A DNA stretch of 63,006 nucleotides, counting the filler, from Globobulimina sp. (lineage: Eukaryota): NCBI GenBank assembly GCA_003354225.1. It is 16 parts of 16 records of this genome, joined end to end, with 100 filler letters (N's around TTAATTAATTAA, not from the genome) between each part and the next. Parts side by side here need not be neighbours in the genome. Positions count along the whole stretch, not along the records: positions 35,514 to 39,357 come from PIVH01002007.1; positions 39,458 to 43,300 come from PIVH01002008.1; positions 43,401 to 47,243 come from PIVH01002009.1; 13 more parts are not named here. The stretch is one strand, 5' to 3'. This document shows, piece after piece, positions 35,514 through 47,343 of this stretch. Made by a program: the position numbers and the translations under genes. Below the pieces are notes generated by a model. The model worked only from the letters and a program-made list of their open reading frames with translations, was not told the DNA's origin and did no database searches. Position 1 is the stretch's first letter, and every line of letters starts with the position of its first letter.

Positions 35514-37446
35514 CAAAAAAATTATATGTTCAAAATCATGGATATCCATTTTGTTGGCTTTAATACCATCCACTAATTTAAGCGTAAAAAACATTGTTTT
35601 AAAATGTATACTAAAAATAATTGATACTGATAACGACAACAACGATGATGATAATAAACCATTACGCAACAAATTAGAGAATAAACCATCACTTTTACGA
35701 TTCTTAGATGAATTATTTTGTGACTCTCATTTTCCATTTTTATTACAATTGTCATTTGACACACAAAATATAAATCAATTTACCTTAATTGCAATCAGTC
35801 GGATTGTATTAATTTTATCTGAAAATATGCCAATTTCCACATTATTAATGGATAGAAATAATGGACGGAATCAATTACTATCTGCATTGGTTGAATTTAC
35901 ATTAAATCCAAACCAAGAGATAAAATTAAATGGTGCAGCAGCAATATCCTGTTTTTTATCGTCGTCAGATAATAATAATAATAACAATATTCCTTTCAAA
36001 ATATTACAGTCATCACAAGATAACCGTGGTTTAATGGCATTTTATGAAATGATAACAAATAAAACGATATCAACATTTGTTAATAAAAATAGATATTTAA
36101 ATGCAAACAACGTTGAAGAAGAAGAAGCCATCGGATATGCAGTGATCAGAGCACTATCATTATTATCAAATAATATACAATTTACAAAAGATTTTGTGTC
36201 AACACGCAATGGATTAGCGATTATTACAAATGAAATATTATATGGTATTGCTACGCAATCATTTGAAGCAGCGCAAATACTTCGAAATGTCTGTAAACAA
36301 CAAGAAAATATTAAAATATTTTTAGCTGAACATGGATGTAAATGTTTATTGAAATTTATTTCTTCGAAATCAATCCAATTACAATATTTAGCTGCTGCAA
36401 CCTTAGCGGATATTGTTTATCATGCCACGGAAACAAATGTCAATAATAACAATGATGCTGCGGCAGAAAATTTATTTGTATTAACAACGGAACATTTATC
36501 ACCATTTATGACTACAATCAGTGATTGTTTATTAGTTTTGTTACAAAGTGGTTCGAATGATAAATGTGTGACTATTCCAACTGTAAAATCATTAAATAAT
36601 AATCAGAATGATAAGAATGAGTTAAATGGACGTAAATTGGTTGGAATTTGCTTAAATTTAATGCATCGGCTATGTATTGACAATGATAACTGTAAAAAAT
36701 TAATTGTTGAATCCGGTGCCATCAAACCACTTTGTATTAAATATCGCGAAGCAATAAAATATAAATATGAGAGAGAGCGTGAGTTAATATTAAATATTTT
36801 GAAATGTTTATCAACATTTAAACCGACACAAATTCAATTTCTACAACAAAATGGTGATAATATTTTGAATATTTTAGTGAATCAACATACATCCAACAAT
36901 GATGAGAATGCAGCACAAATAATATCATCATTATGTAAAAATGTAGCAACGCATAAACTTATCGCAACAAAAAAAATCTATTCGTCATTATTATCATTAC
37001 GACATTCACAAAACAACCAAGCTAGAAAATTATCAATGGACACATTATTGACATTTTTAGAAAACACATTAATTTATGAGTATGTGCGTAATGATGTTGA
37101 TTTAGCCCAAACATTGGCGGCAATCTCAAAGTTTGGTGCTTCCAAACATATAAAATCGAGAGCCACAAAAATTATTAAAAATATGTTAGGAAATAAAGCT
37201 TATTTGGAGATTACACAAAATCAGAATAGCAAGAATAAGAATAAAAATACGCATAAATTCGCTAAACCGAAACTAATCAAATCACCAAAGATACAAAAAA
37301 ATAATAAAAATGAAACCCACGAAAAATCGGAAAAAAAGGAAATAAATGATAAGGAAAATGAAGCAATAAATAATACACAAACTATTGAAAAGTCTGTTGA
37401 TTTTTGGCATGATCAAGAACAACAAGCAAAGAACACAACAGATTGA
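35514..37446 (+). CDS. Armadillo/HEAT-repeat protein (5' truncated)
   Basis: ARM-like motifs 'QYLAAATLADI' and 'KKLIVESGAIKPL'. Confidence 0.7.
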
Positions 37447-37821
37447 CTGTACATTATTGTTTGAAGTATATTTAAAGGGTTTTGACTTGTCTTGCATTAA
37501 AAGTTCAAAGTACAGCAAATCACAATATATAAATACCCACAGCCACCCAAGGATTGTGTACAGAATAATAAGGTTAATGTAAATCAGATATTCAAATTGT
37601 TTATTTTTTCTGCCATTTACTACTTTGTTAATTAATGTGGGATCATCAATGTCCCATTGATATGTTCCTTGCCTTACTGACATGTTTGCACTGCAGCCTC
37701 GGTATAAATATAAAAGTCAAAAACTTAGATGGCAGAAGTACTAAAACGGTCTACAAACTTTCAACGTAGTTTATATAATTTATAATATTATGATTTATGT
37801 ACAAGGTCAAGAAGCTAACTA

Positions 37822-39357
37822 TTAATCAGTTAATTGCACATAATCATCCTGCGAATGCGATTGTGGTGCTCGATATCGATAACCACTTAAACCAACATAT
37901 TGGATTTGATCACTCATTTTCTTTGGTTTGCACAAACTCCATAAATCATTAAATCTTGTTTTTATCAGCCACAATAATGAAAAGAATATTTGATATATCG
38001 ATGGGAATGCCAGTATCGAAAAGAATATTATATGCGGATACACCTTCTGCGAAAACGGTTGAACGGAAACTCCAATGAGAATATCAATAAATATTACACC
38101 TAACAATATTTTAATTGTAGTTGCTTTTGGATTATTATTCTTTGCTTCACTATCTTTGTCCGGTCGCGTTCCCCAACTTAAATCATGAACATTTGCAATC
38201 GCATTGATAAAGAAAAATGTCACATAAAATGGAGCATATATAAAATAATGAAAGCACGTTTTTAATAAAATAGTGACGGTCTTAAAATCTTTACTAACTA
38301 ACGGTGCCAAGATAAATGATTGCATAAAAAATGTAATTTGAATCAAAATAACTGCATAATTAAACAAGCTAGAAACGATGTTATTATTTGAAGATGAATA
38401 ATTCGGTCGAAATACAGCAACCATTTGGAGCAATGTGCCAAACAATGTCAATAACCCAAACATATACGATATGATTAATGTTAACTGTACGATTGTTTCC
38501 TTTTTGATAAATTTTATTCTCGTTTGTCCGTTTACAAAATAAATAAATGTCAAATACATGATCCATGAGATCGACATAAATATCCCTATTGTTATTGTCA
38601 TTTTTCTTTCTTTAGCACCATCATCAATTAATATTAAATCTAATATTTGTGCTAAACCATATTTGAATGATATGGTAAATATCAATGGCGGAGATAATGC
38701 GACTACGATATACATCAACAGCTGCATATACCAACAGGATAATACATAATACCTTCGAAATACATTTACTTTCCATTCTGAAAATGATATTTTGCGTAAT
38801 ACAAATAATACGGTAGCAATACTGCCATTTAGCCATCTGTGGTTACACAGGTTATTGCAATCAGTATACTGTATATAGACATATTATGTATGTACCTCCT
38901 TCGTTGTTTCATTAATTGGGTTAAATCTGGTATTGGATCAAAATAAAAAATGCAGTCAGCTACTAATGAATGTCGAACTGGGTACTCTGTATTCAATATT
39001 GATGATATTGTTAATATTCTATCTTCAGCCAATTTCATATTGCCTATTTATAAAATTTATAAATATAAAATACAAACAGTACGCTTACATTTTGCAACTT
39101 GTTTCCAAACAATTGAGGCGATCACTGAATGGTTATCTGTTATCACCACTGTTATAAAGGAACATATGTACGTTGTTGAAAAACACGTTATCGATCCAGC
39201 AGTGTTTGGAAACAAAGTACAACTGCGAACTGCAAAATACTTCCGGTATTAAAACAAAAACAAATAATCGTCACAACAACAAAATAGACAAAACCTATCT
39301 CAACACAAAGGAAAAATGTATTACCTAATACTAAATCGACATTATTCGGATCAGTTT
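37822..39357 (-). CDS. Chitin synthase (GT2), C-terminal half, multi-exon
   Basis: 'LAEDRIL', QRRRWLNGS (reconstituted across intron 38837-38895), TM helices and 'HDLSWGTRP'. Confidence 0.9.
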
Positions 39358-39457
39358 NNNNNNNNNNNNNNNNNNNNNNNNNNNNNNNNNNNNNNNNNNN
39401 NTTAATTAATTAANNNNNNNNNNNNNNNNNNNNNNNNNNNNNNNNNNNNNNNNNNNN

Positions 39458-39576
39458 GACACCAATTATGATCATTTAGTGGTACCCTCCGAAGGTACCC
39501 AACATGATTATGGTTGTAACAATTGAAAAATTTGATTTTTTTCATTTTTTTTTTTACAAATCACAGCACATATATT
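39458..39576 (+). repeat. 119-nt terminal direct repeat (other copy at 43182-43300); contig is circular in the assembly
   Basis: Identical sequence at both contig ends. Confidence 0.95.
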
Positions 39577-39716
39577 GCAGTTTAGTGACATAAAATTTTT
39601 TTTTGAAATTGGTTCAGATTTCTTCATTATAGATGAACATCAATATATCTTTTTTTTTTTTTCACGTCCATCTGTAGGCAAACTAAATGATCAGAATTGG
39701 TGTCTTTGCTACGATG
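39458..39716. mobile_element. MITE-like element of about 270 bp spanning the circular junction (left TIR 43170-43204, right TIR 39682-39716)
   Basis: 35-bp inverted repeats CATCGTAGCAAAGACACCAATT(A/C)TGATCATTTAGT with 1 mismatch, flanked by ATA on both sides. No coding capacity. Confidence 0.65.
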
Positions 39717-40431
39717 ATATATGTATATATCCCATAAATGTATTTTGCCAAAAAATGAACACTAAAAGTAGTAATTGACATTAATAATGTCGTCAGACAG
39801 TCAGACAGCCAGACAGTCAGACAATAAGACACACGCCCACACGCCCACACGCCACCACCCACCACACACCACCCCCAACCCCACCCCACAGATAATTGAC
39901 AGTAACGATGTTTCAGATTCTAGCGAGGCGTCGCCCATTAGATTTGTATTCAATGATATCGAGGGAAGCCACTCAAGAGATTCGATTCAAGAGAAAGAGA
40001 ATGAGTTTCAAGAATATTAATCATATTGTTTTGATTTGAAATCAATTAAATGATCGATGTTTTGTTTTACTATATATTTACAATTTATATTGCTTAATAA
40101 ATTTTTTTGATTGGTTAGCTTACCATTTCAATATATATATATATATGAATTAGGTGATATAGACAAACAGTCTATTTATTGTTTTGCAACTGTTTTTTAT
40201 GTATAAACATAGTGATATGAAAAATCAACCTTTCACCTTCGTCTTTTAAAATGTGTTTGACAAACTGTTTTTTGATTTGACAATAAATTAAACTACATCA
40301 TGACATCTTTATATTCACAACAATGATTATCCAGATCATGATGCGTTGATGTATAAAATTTACATCATGAGTTTCAACACAATTCAATTTTACAAACAAT
40401 TAAATTATATAAAATAAATTAAAATAAGATA

Positions 40432-41511
40432 ATGTGTCTCTCACTTTTTGGTTCTTGTCTCCAAACAGAATTAGGTGGAACTCCACATCCACAAAACATA
40501 AAAGCAAAGAAATTCAATTCCGGTCAAAATGATATTATAACAAGAATCTGCGCATTGGATGATTCAAAATTAATATCTGGGAATATCGATGGTACATTAT
40601 TTTGTATTGATTGGCTTGCAAATACATCCGATATCATAGCACATCAACAACAACAACAACAACACACTGCGAGCATCACAGCACTTGCACACAACAAAGA
40701 AGATGGATATTTTATAAGTGCATCGAGAGATAAATCGATTATATTATGGGATGAAGCACAAATACAAGATCTAGAAAAACAGCAAGAAATGGCGCCAGTA
40801 ATGATATCAAAACAAGCACACGATTTAAGTGTTGTTGCCATGGATGAAAATACAAGAAACAATAAATTATGGAGTGGCGGAAGAGATTGTTTTATTAAGT
40901 TATGGGATATCACAGAAACGAAAGTCATATTTGGCAAAGAAATACACCGCAACATACCACAACATATTTGTGTGAATAATAATTTACATTTTAATAGCAA
41001 TTTGATGATTGAATGTTGTCAGGATTTAAAATTGCGAGTATGGGACGATAGGCAAAATGATGTAATTCAAACAATACAAACTGGCCCAAATATTCCATTA
41101 TGTTGTGATATTGCGGACGATGGAATAAATGCAGTTGTATCATTTAATGGATTTAATGGCAACGGATGCGAATTGAAAATGTACGACAGCAGAAAATGGA
41201 ATGCAAATGACACAAATTGCGAAATATGGACACAAAATACTGCACATGAACAAGCTGTCACTGTTTGCAAATTTATAAATCAAACATCTCCAACAAACTA
41301 CAATATATTATCTGGCTCAAAAGATAAGACATTGAAAGTGTGGCACACTCAAAACCACCAAAGTTTTACCTTGCAATTAAATGAACCGATCAATGACATA
41401 TCAATCACCAATGATATTGCCTATATTGCATCCAATAATGGTGTAATACATGTAATCAAACTCTCCACGCATTTTGAAAAACAATCGGAAATTATCGCTG
41501 TTTCCTCATGA
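40432..41511 (+). CDS. WD40-repeat protein
   Basis: Repeats 'HTASITAL..FISASRDKSIILWD', 'SGGRDCFIKLWD' and 'SGSKDKTLKVW'. Confidence 0.9.
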   Translation: MCLSLFGSCLQTELGGTPHPQNIKAKKFNSGQNDIITRICALDDSKLISGNIDGTLFCIDWLANTSDIIAHQQQQQQHTASITALAHNKEDGYFISASRDKSIILWDEAQIQDLEKQQEMAPVMISKQAHDLSVVAMDENTRNNKLWSGGRDCFIKLWDITETKVIFGKEIHRNIPQHICVNNNLHFNSNLMIECCQDLKLRVWDDRQNDVIQTIQTGPNIPLCCDIADDGINAVVSFNGFNGNGCELKMYDSRKWNANDTNCEIWTQNTAHEQAVTVCKFINQTSPTNYNILSGSKDKTLKVWHTQNHQSFTLQLNEPINDISITNDIAYIASNNGVIHVIKLSTHFEKQSEIIAVSS

Positions 41512-41717
41512 AAGAAATTAAAAAAAGTCAACAATTTTATTTGTTGATTCTTGGAATTCAATTTTTTGTGAGATTATTATTGTGTGATATCACGGTCTAA
41601 AGTTTTTCACTAAGAAATCAATCAATCCCTAAATTAAATAAATTAATAAAAAAACACTAAGAAATCAATATGATATCTCCTCGGAATTTAATGATCGATA
41701 TGTGCACTCATTTCAAT

Positions 41718-42854
41718 TCAATTCAATTTCTCATTCAACAAATTCCGCGTCATTTCCCATAGCAACAACTGTGCCGATTTACCCTTTTCATCCACATTAT
41801 GTTCAAATAAATCATTTCTAATTTGCTGATTTGCAGGGTAACAATTCTCCCAATAACCTCCTGCTGATTTCTTAAACTCCTCATCGGAAATAGTAGCAGT
41901 CCTAACTGTGGTAGCAGCGCCCTGCGATGCTGTCTTTTGGAACATTTGGCCAAAGATCAGAGGATATAACGCCTTTAGAGCCACAATAATGCGCGCCGTG
42001 TCCCGGTCTAATTCCGTTGCCGTGGGACCAGGTGATATTGACACAGCGTATACATTCTGTTTCGAAAATCTTTTGTTATATTCCATTGCAAACAATACAT
42101 TACAAGCTTTGCTAAATCCATACGATGTGGGAAACGGGTCATAGTGCCTTTGATTGATATATATTGTATGTGCCAGTGATGCATTTACCAGCCATAAATG
42201 TATTGGTTTAGGAGCAAAATGATGTGCTTCGCTGGAGAGAGAAATAACTCTTGTTATATTTGAGTTTGCTGCAGCGGCAGAATTAACTAATAAAGGGGTT
42301 AATAACATGGCTAAATAAAAATGTCCAACATGGTTGACTCCAAACAGCATTTCTAGTCCATTTTGAGTGGTTTTATACTGCGACTGCGACAGTGCAAATA
42401 TTCCGGCATTTAATATAAGTTGATTTAGCTGACTGTATTTAGAGTGAAATGTATCACTAAATTGTTTGATAGAATCCAATGATGCTAAATCTAATATAAT
42501 TGTATCAATCCGTTGTTGTAGCTCTCGTTTGGATGCATTTTTGAAATTTTCTACCAATAATTCTGCGACAATATCGTTTTTTGCATTGATGCATTTTTGT
42601 GGATTACGGCATGTCATTATGACAGTGGCGCCATGGGATAGTAATATTTGAGCGGTTGCTTTTCCAATTCCTGTATTGCTACCGGTTACGATGATAATTT
42701 GTCCTGTTAAATCTGAATTAGTTGCAGCAACATCTGCTGTGGTGTTGAAGTTGAACTCTCTTTGATCTCCATATTTTATATACAATTGTAATCCGACAGC
42801 GAGAAGAACAAAGATTGCCGTGCAATATCTACACGCTTTGAAGCAAGACACCAT
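41718..42854 (-). CDS. Short-chain dehydrogenase/reductase (retinol dehydrogenase/WWOX-like) with N-terminal TM
   Basis: TGSNTGIG, LDLASL.SI, LILNAGI, FGVNHVGHF and the catalytic YGFSK motif. Confidence 0.93.
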   Translation of the reverse strand: MVSCFKACRYCTAIFVLLAVGLQLYIKYGDQREFNFNTTADVAATNSDLTGQIIIVTGSNTGIGKATAQILLSHGATVIMTCRNPQKCINAKNDIVAELLVENFKNASKRELQQRIDTIILDLASLDSIKQFSDTFHSKYSQLNQLILNAGIFALSQSQYKTTQNGLEMLFGVNHVGHFYLAMLLTPLLVNSAAAANSNITRVISLSSEAHHFAPKPIHLWLVNASLAHTIYINQRHYDPFPTSYGFSKACNVLFAMEYNKRFSKQNVYAVSISPGPTATELDRDTARIIVALKALYPLIFGQMFQKTASQGAATTVRTATISDEEFKKSAGGYWENCYPANQQIRNDLFEHNVDEKGKSAQLLLWEMTRNLLNEKLN

Positions 42855-42909
42855 TAAACTAAAGTTTTCTGTACACAAAGAACCGACTAAGCAACAAATG
42901 AACTAATTA

Positions 42910-43070
42910 AGAAACCTATATAGAAACCTAGAAATCCAGAAAGCTATAAAACATAAATAACTACAAAGCTACTTTGTTGTAGAAATCTAGAAATCTAGAA
43001 ATCCATAAAAAAATGAAAAACGTTGTTGTAGAAATCTAGAATTCTAGAAATCCATAAAAAAATGAAAAAC
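42910..43070 (+). repeat. Upstream tandem repeats (AGAAATCT/AGAAACCT units; ~47-bp duplication)
   Basis: tgttgtagaaatctagaa(a/t)tctagaaatccataaaaaaatgaaaaac occurs twice. Confidence 0.8.
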
Positions 43071-43400
43071 CTGTGTTCGATTATGCATGGCAGCTGTGTT
43101 TACATTCCATATGTTATATTATGATATGATCTGACGTGAATATATACTTACTTATGGAATATATGAATACATCGTAGCAAAGACACCAATTATGATCATT
43201 TAGTGGTACCCTCCGAAGGTACCCAACATGATTATGGTTGTAACAATTGAAAAATTTGATTTTTTTCATTTTTTTTTTTACAAATCACAGCACATATATT
43301 NNNNNNNNNNNNNNNNNNNNNNNNNNNNNNNNNNNNNNNNNNNNTTAATTAATTAANNNNNNNNNNNNNNNNNNNNNNNNNNNNNNNNNNNNNNNNNNNN

Positions 43401-45099
43401 CAATCAACGTTATAAATCATTAGATTCTAAAAACAAGTCCGATGTGGATGAAAACGAAGAATATAATGACCCAGCAACTGCAAAATGTATACGAGAGAGT
43501 ATACAGAGTAGCAATCGTCAGAAACAGCAGAGTTATTATTCCTATTCGCAAGCTTCTATGTCCACCAAATATACAATGAGCAGTGGGGCTAAATATTCTA
43601 TGGTGAATACGTACAATTTTCGGGAGATAATTAAAAAGAAATCGTATCCGCAATTGGATAGTATGGGCTTTGATGAGATATTGATGTCATATCAGTACAA
43701 TGTCGATAAAAATTGTGTGCGTTTTAGTGATGAGCATGGAATATTAAATGGGAAATATTGTTGGGGACAGAGTTTGATACCCAATGTTAAGCAAAAACAG
43801 TCAGAAACGTTTATGATATTGGATATTGAGCCAAATATAGCGGTGATGAAGGAAATGAGCCGTAAGAATGTCAATTTATGCGTCGTATTGGATGTTGGTC
43901 GGGCTATGAACAAAAGTTTTGATGATGGAAAGAAGAAAATTGATGCGGTGAAGGGAATGATTGTAGATATTATTCAAAATATATTGGTGAATGAGGAGGA
44001 CAGGTTTTGTTTGATTGCTTTTGGAATGAATGTGAAGGTAATAAATGATCTGTGTTTTGTGAATCAAAATCAGTTTAATAAATCAAACTTAATATCGTTG
44101 ATACGGAATGACATATTTTGTGAAGTAAATACTTTGGAATCGCAACGCGTTGATTTTAGTGGTTATCAGAATGCGGTCTCCCAATTTCGAAAGTTATCGG
44201 CTGGCTTTAATAACAAAAATAATATTTGTACTGAAAATTTTGAGAATCGGATCTTATTTGTGACCACCACTCGATTATCACAGCAAGTATTGGGTGAATG
44301 TGCGGGATGTGTAAAGGATGGGGTTTATAGCACATTTATTGGTGTTTCCAATGTGTTTAGTTTACAACAGACAGCGTTGGCCGGTATCAATGGCTGTAAT
44401 TATTTCAATATCAATTCGTCTGAACAGGTTCGCGAGAAAATACTATTACACTTTGAGGAGATTATAACTCCGGTGATATTTGACTTGAATGTTACGTTGA
44501 AGCATAATGGTAATCGCTGTGTGGAGAATATCTATAAATTGAATTTGCAGCAAGAGAATGATGCGCAGTGTCTCACCAAAACAATGTTTTTGCAAAAGGA
44601 AAGGTATGATATCGATGTGGATGATGATGACCGGCTGTATAGGAATGTCAATAATCGATATTTATTATTGATAAAGTTGTTGAATAATAATAATTATAAT
44701 TTTGAGCTATTTTTAACATATAAGAGTGCCTATGATGGCACGGATGAAAAGATCAAGAATAAAATATCAGTTTCGTTACAACGGAGTGTGAACAGTGATG
44801 AAGAAGAGGAGGAGAATAAGGATGATGCCAATGAGCTATTAAATGGATATAATAATAAAGAGGATTATTATGATAATAGTTCGATGAGGAAAGCGATTGT
44901 ATTGTTTAGGTATATTCGTGTGTTGCGGGAATGGATTAAGAAACAAAAAAATGGAATGAAACAAGCCAGTTATGTATCGGTTGAATTTCAAAATAAGTTT
45001 CAGAAATTTCATAAGTATTTTAAAAATGAAGCGGCTTTTATAAATGATGATAAATCGTTGAATCAAGAAATTAATGTTTTGTCGGGCTTGTTGAAATAA
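43401..45099 (+). CDS. von Willebrand factor A domain protein with a degenerate MIDAS motif (5' truncated)
   Basis: 'RKNVNLCVVLDVGRAM', 'EDRFCLIAF', 'ENRILFVT' and 'YSTFIGV'. Confidence 0.8.
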
Positions 45100-45294
45100 T
45101 ATAAATTTGAGTGTGACTATACTTTGTTCTTTATTTTTTATAACCATAATACAAATGTAATTTCTTTCTTTTAAATTTGTAATTTTTTTTGTTTTTTTTT
45201 CGATTTTGTGTTTGTGTGTGAATAGGTGGAAATCACTTCAAATCAATAGTTTCTGGATATGTTGAATTTCTCAGACTAGAACATGGACCTTTGG

Positions 45295-47243
45295 TTATTT
45301 GTTTTCGATCAACACAGTATCCGCGACAAACAAGTCGAGCTTGCCGCCGCCGACCGCCAAACCTTCCTGGACGGGGATTGATCTCGAACGGAAATGATTG
45401 AGCAGACACTCTTGAAAATCAGCTTCATCTTTCACGCCCGATACGATTTTACTGCCACTGTACCACGTGTCCATGAAGGCAAACATCGCTTCCATGGTTT
45501 GGCGAAAAGCCAATAGATCTTTATAGGTTAAACCACCTTTGAGTCCCTTCTTCAGACGACTTTGCAGCTTCAATGGCAAGCCCGGGTTTTCGGACACCCA
45601 GCCTTCCGGGATCGCCAGATCGTTGCGCTGAAGGCTGAGCAGCGACTCTCGTTTAGTCTGGAGCTGAGTTGCCACGTCTTGATCAATGACTTTGTGTTCC
45701 ACAAGTTGATCCAGCCATTGTGCTCCGATGGTCTGACCGGCTTTGATGTACCCGTCGGCATCTTCGTTCATCACGACACCAAACTTAGCCAGGAACACGA
45801 CTTTGGCTGCAAGTGCGACAATCGGAAGGACCTCGCGCGGCGCGAAGACATACCCCGTTCGCTTCTGAAGGTCGTATGCATCGGCCCATTTGACCGGATT
45901 GAACGAGAACTCGGGTATTTTCAACGACCCGTCCGGATATCGCGCGAGGATCCGAATGGCATCCGCCTTGCGGCTGGGTAGATCGACGATGAGGTGTTCC
46001 GGGCCAATCTGCTCCAACGCCTTTGAAATACCATCCAGTTGGTCTCTTTTCTTCTTTGCCCCGGACCCGCGGAGCGCCTCTACGGCCAGAACGGCAAATT
46101 CATAGATCCTTGTGCCGAGATCGTACCGCTTTGACAGTGTTTCCAGGTATTTCAGAATTCGCCGCCACTGCTCGTCTCGCGTCTTTTTCGCCGTGTCAGC
46201 GTCGATTTCCGCAGGAACGGCAACAAATCGGGACCGGAACGCAAAGGCTCGATGAAGAAGGCGACGTTCGAGGATACCACGGGCAAGAGCCGCCGCGGGG
46301 TTAGATGTTGTCTCAAAAGCCGAATGGGTGACATTCTGCGAGATGATATTCAGAAGTGTGTCATCTCCGACCGGCAAAAATATCTCGTCGAGATCAAGTC
46401 GCCTGTTGCGGTCACGTTCGACAACCAGCAGCATTCGCTGCACCATGGCTTCGGCGGCTCGCACCTTGTGATGATGATAAAGGCGATCATACAGGAATGT
46501 TCTGCCGATAAGCATCTGCTCGAATGATCCGAAACCGGAGGCAGCAATTCCAATCTGCAGAACCGGGTGTGGGTTCCGTTTTGCTATGCGTTGCCGCAAT
46601 GCATCGTCGGCATTGGGCGTGTTGTCATTCCGAACCTGAAGAACCTCAAGGCGCGATAGCAACCGATCCGTATCGAACCCAATTTTGAGCCCAGAGTGGT
46701 ATGCATCACGGGCCAGAAAGTCCATTCTGTCAGCATCGAGCTGACCGCTGATAACCGTCGAAAGATGGTCAGCCCCCGGACCTTCAATTGCCCCTATCAC
46801 GCAGGCAACCAATTGCTCCTGGAGGCTTTCAATATCTGCCTTTCGAGGGATATTAAGCTTGTCGTTGCTGAGTAGCACTTTGACGGGTTCGGACATTATG
46901 ATCATCACAGAGATGATCTCCGACACAGCTGGTGATTTATTTAGCCGATATTCGTTCTTCAGAAAGTCTTGTGCCGCGATGATATCGGCCCGCCATCCGC
47001 ACACAGATTCGTCCGCGTTCCCCCCAAGTGGCGATATGACTTCCAGCACTGGCTCGATCGCGTGACTGAACGGACCATGGCCGAGATCGTGGAATATTGC
47101 AGCCAGCCGCAATCGATATCGGTCTTCGTCCTCAATTTTTGGCAATGACAGATCTGCTGCGCCCTTTCCTTCATTCCAGCGAACGATTTGGCGGTTGAGT
47201 GCACTAACCATTTGTTCTGTTGCACCGACAACACCAATTGCAT
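45295..47243 (-). CDS. Bacterial HD-domain phosphohydrolase (SAMHD1/dNTP-triphosphohydrolase-like) with a C-terminal PD-(D/E)xK-like domain; 5' truncated and probably 3' truncated
   Basis: '(H)AIGV', 'RLAAIFHDLGHGPFSH', 'QLDADRMDFLARDAYHSG' and 'LYDRLYHHHKVRAAEAM'. C-terminal 'EADFQ..L..HF...QE....GGKLDLFV..VLIENK'. GC-rich and intronless, unlike its flank. Confidence 0.88.
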
Positions 47244-47343
47244 NNNNNNNNNNNNNNNNNNNNNNNNNNNNNNNNNNNNNNNNNNNNTTAATTAATTAAN
47301 NNNNNNNNNNNNNNNNNNNNNNNNNNNNNNNNNNNNNNNNNNN

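Noticed and set aside
39775-40020. Short ORF over CAGACAG/ACACGCCC repeats
   Set aside because: Low-complexity sequence with no ATG-supported domain, so it cannot be called a gene.
45562-47065. Multiple overlapping ORFs opposite or within the HD gene
   Set aside because: Shadow ORFs expected in GC-rich coding DNA.
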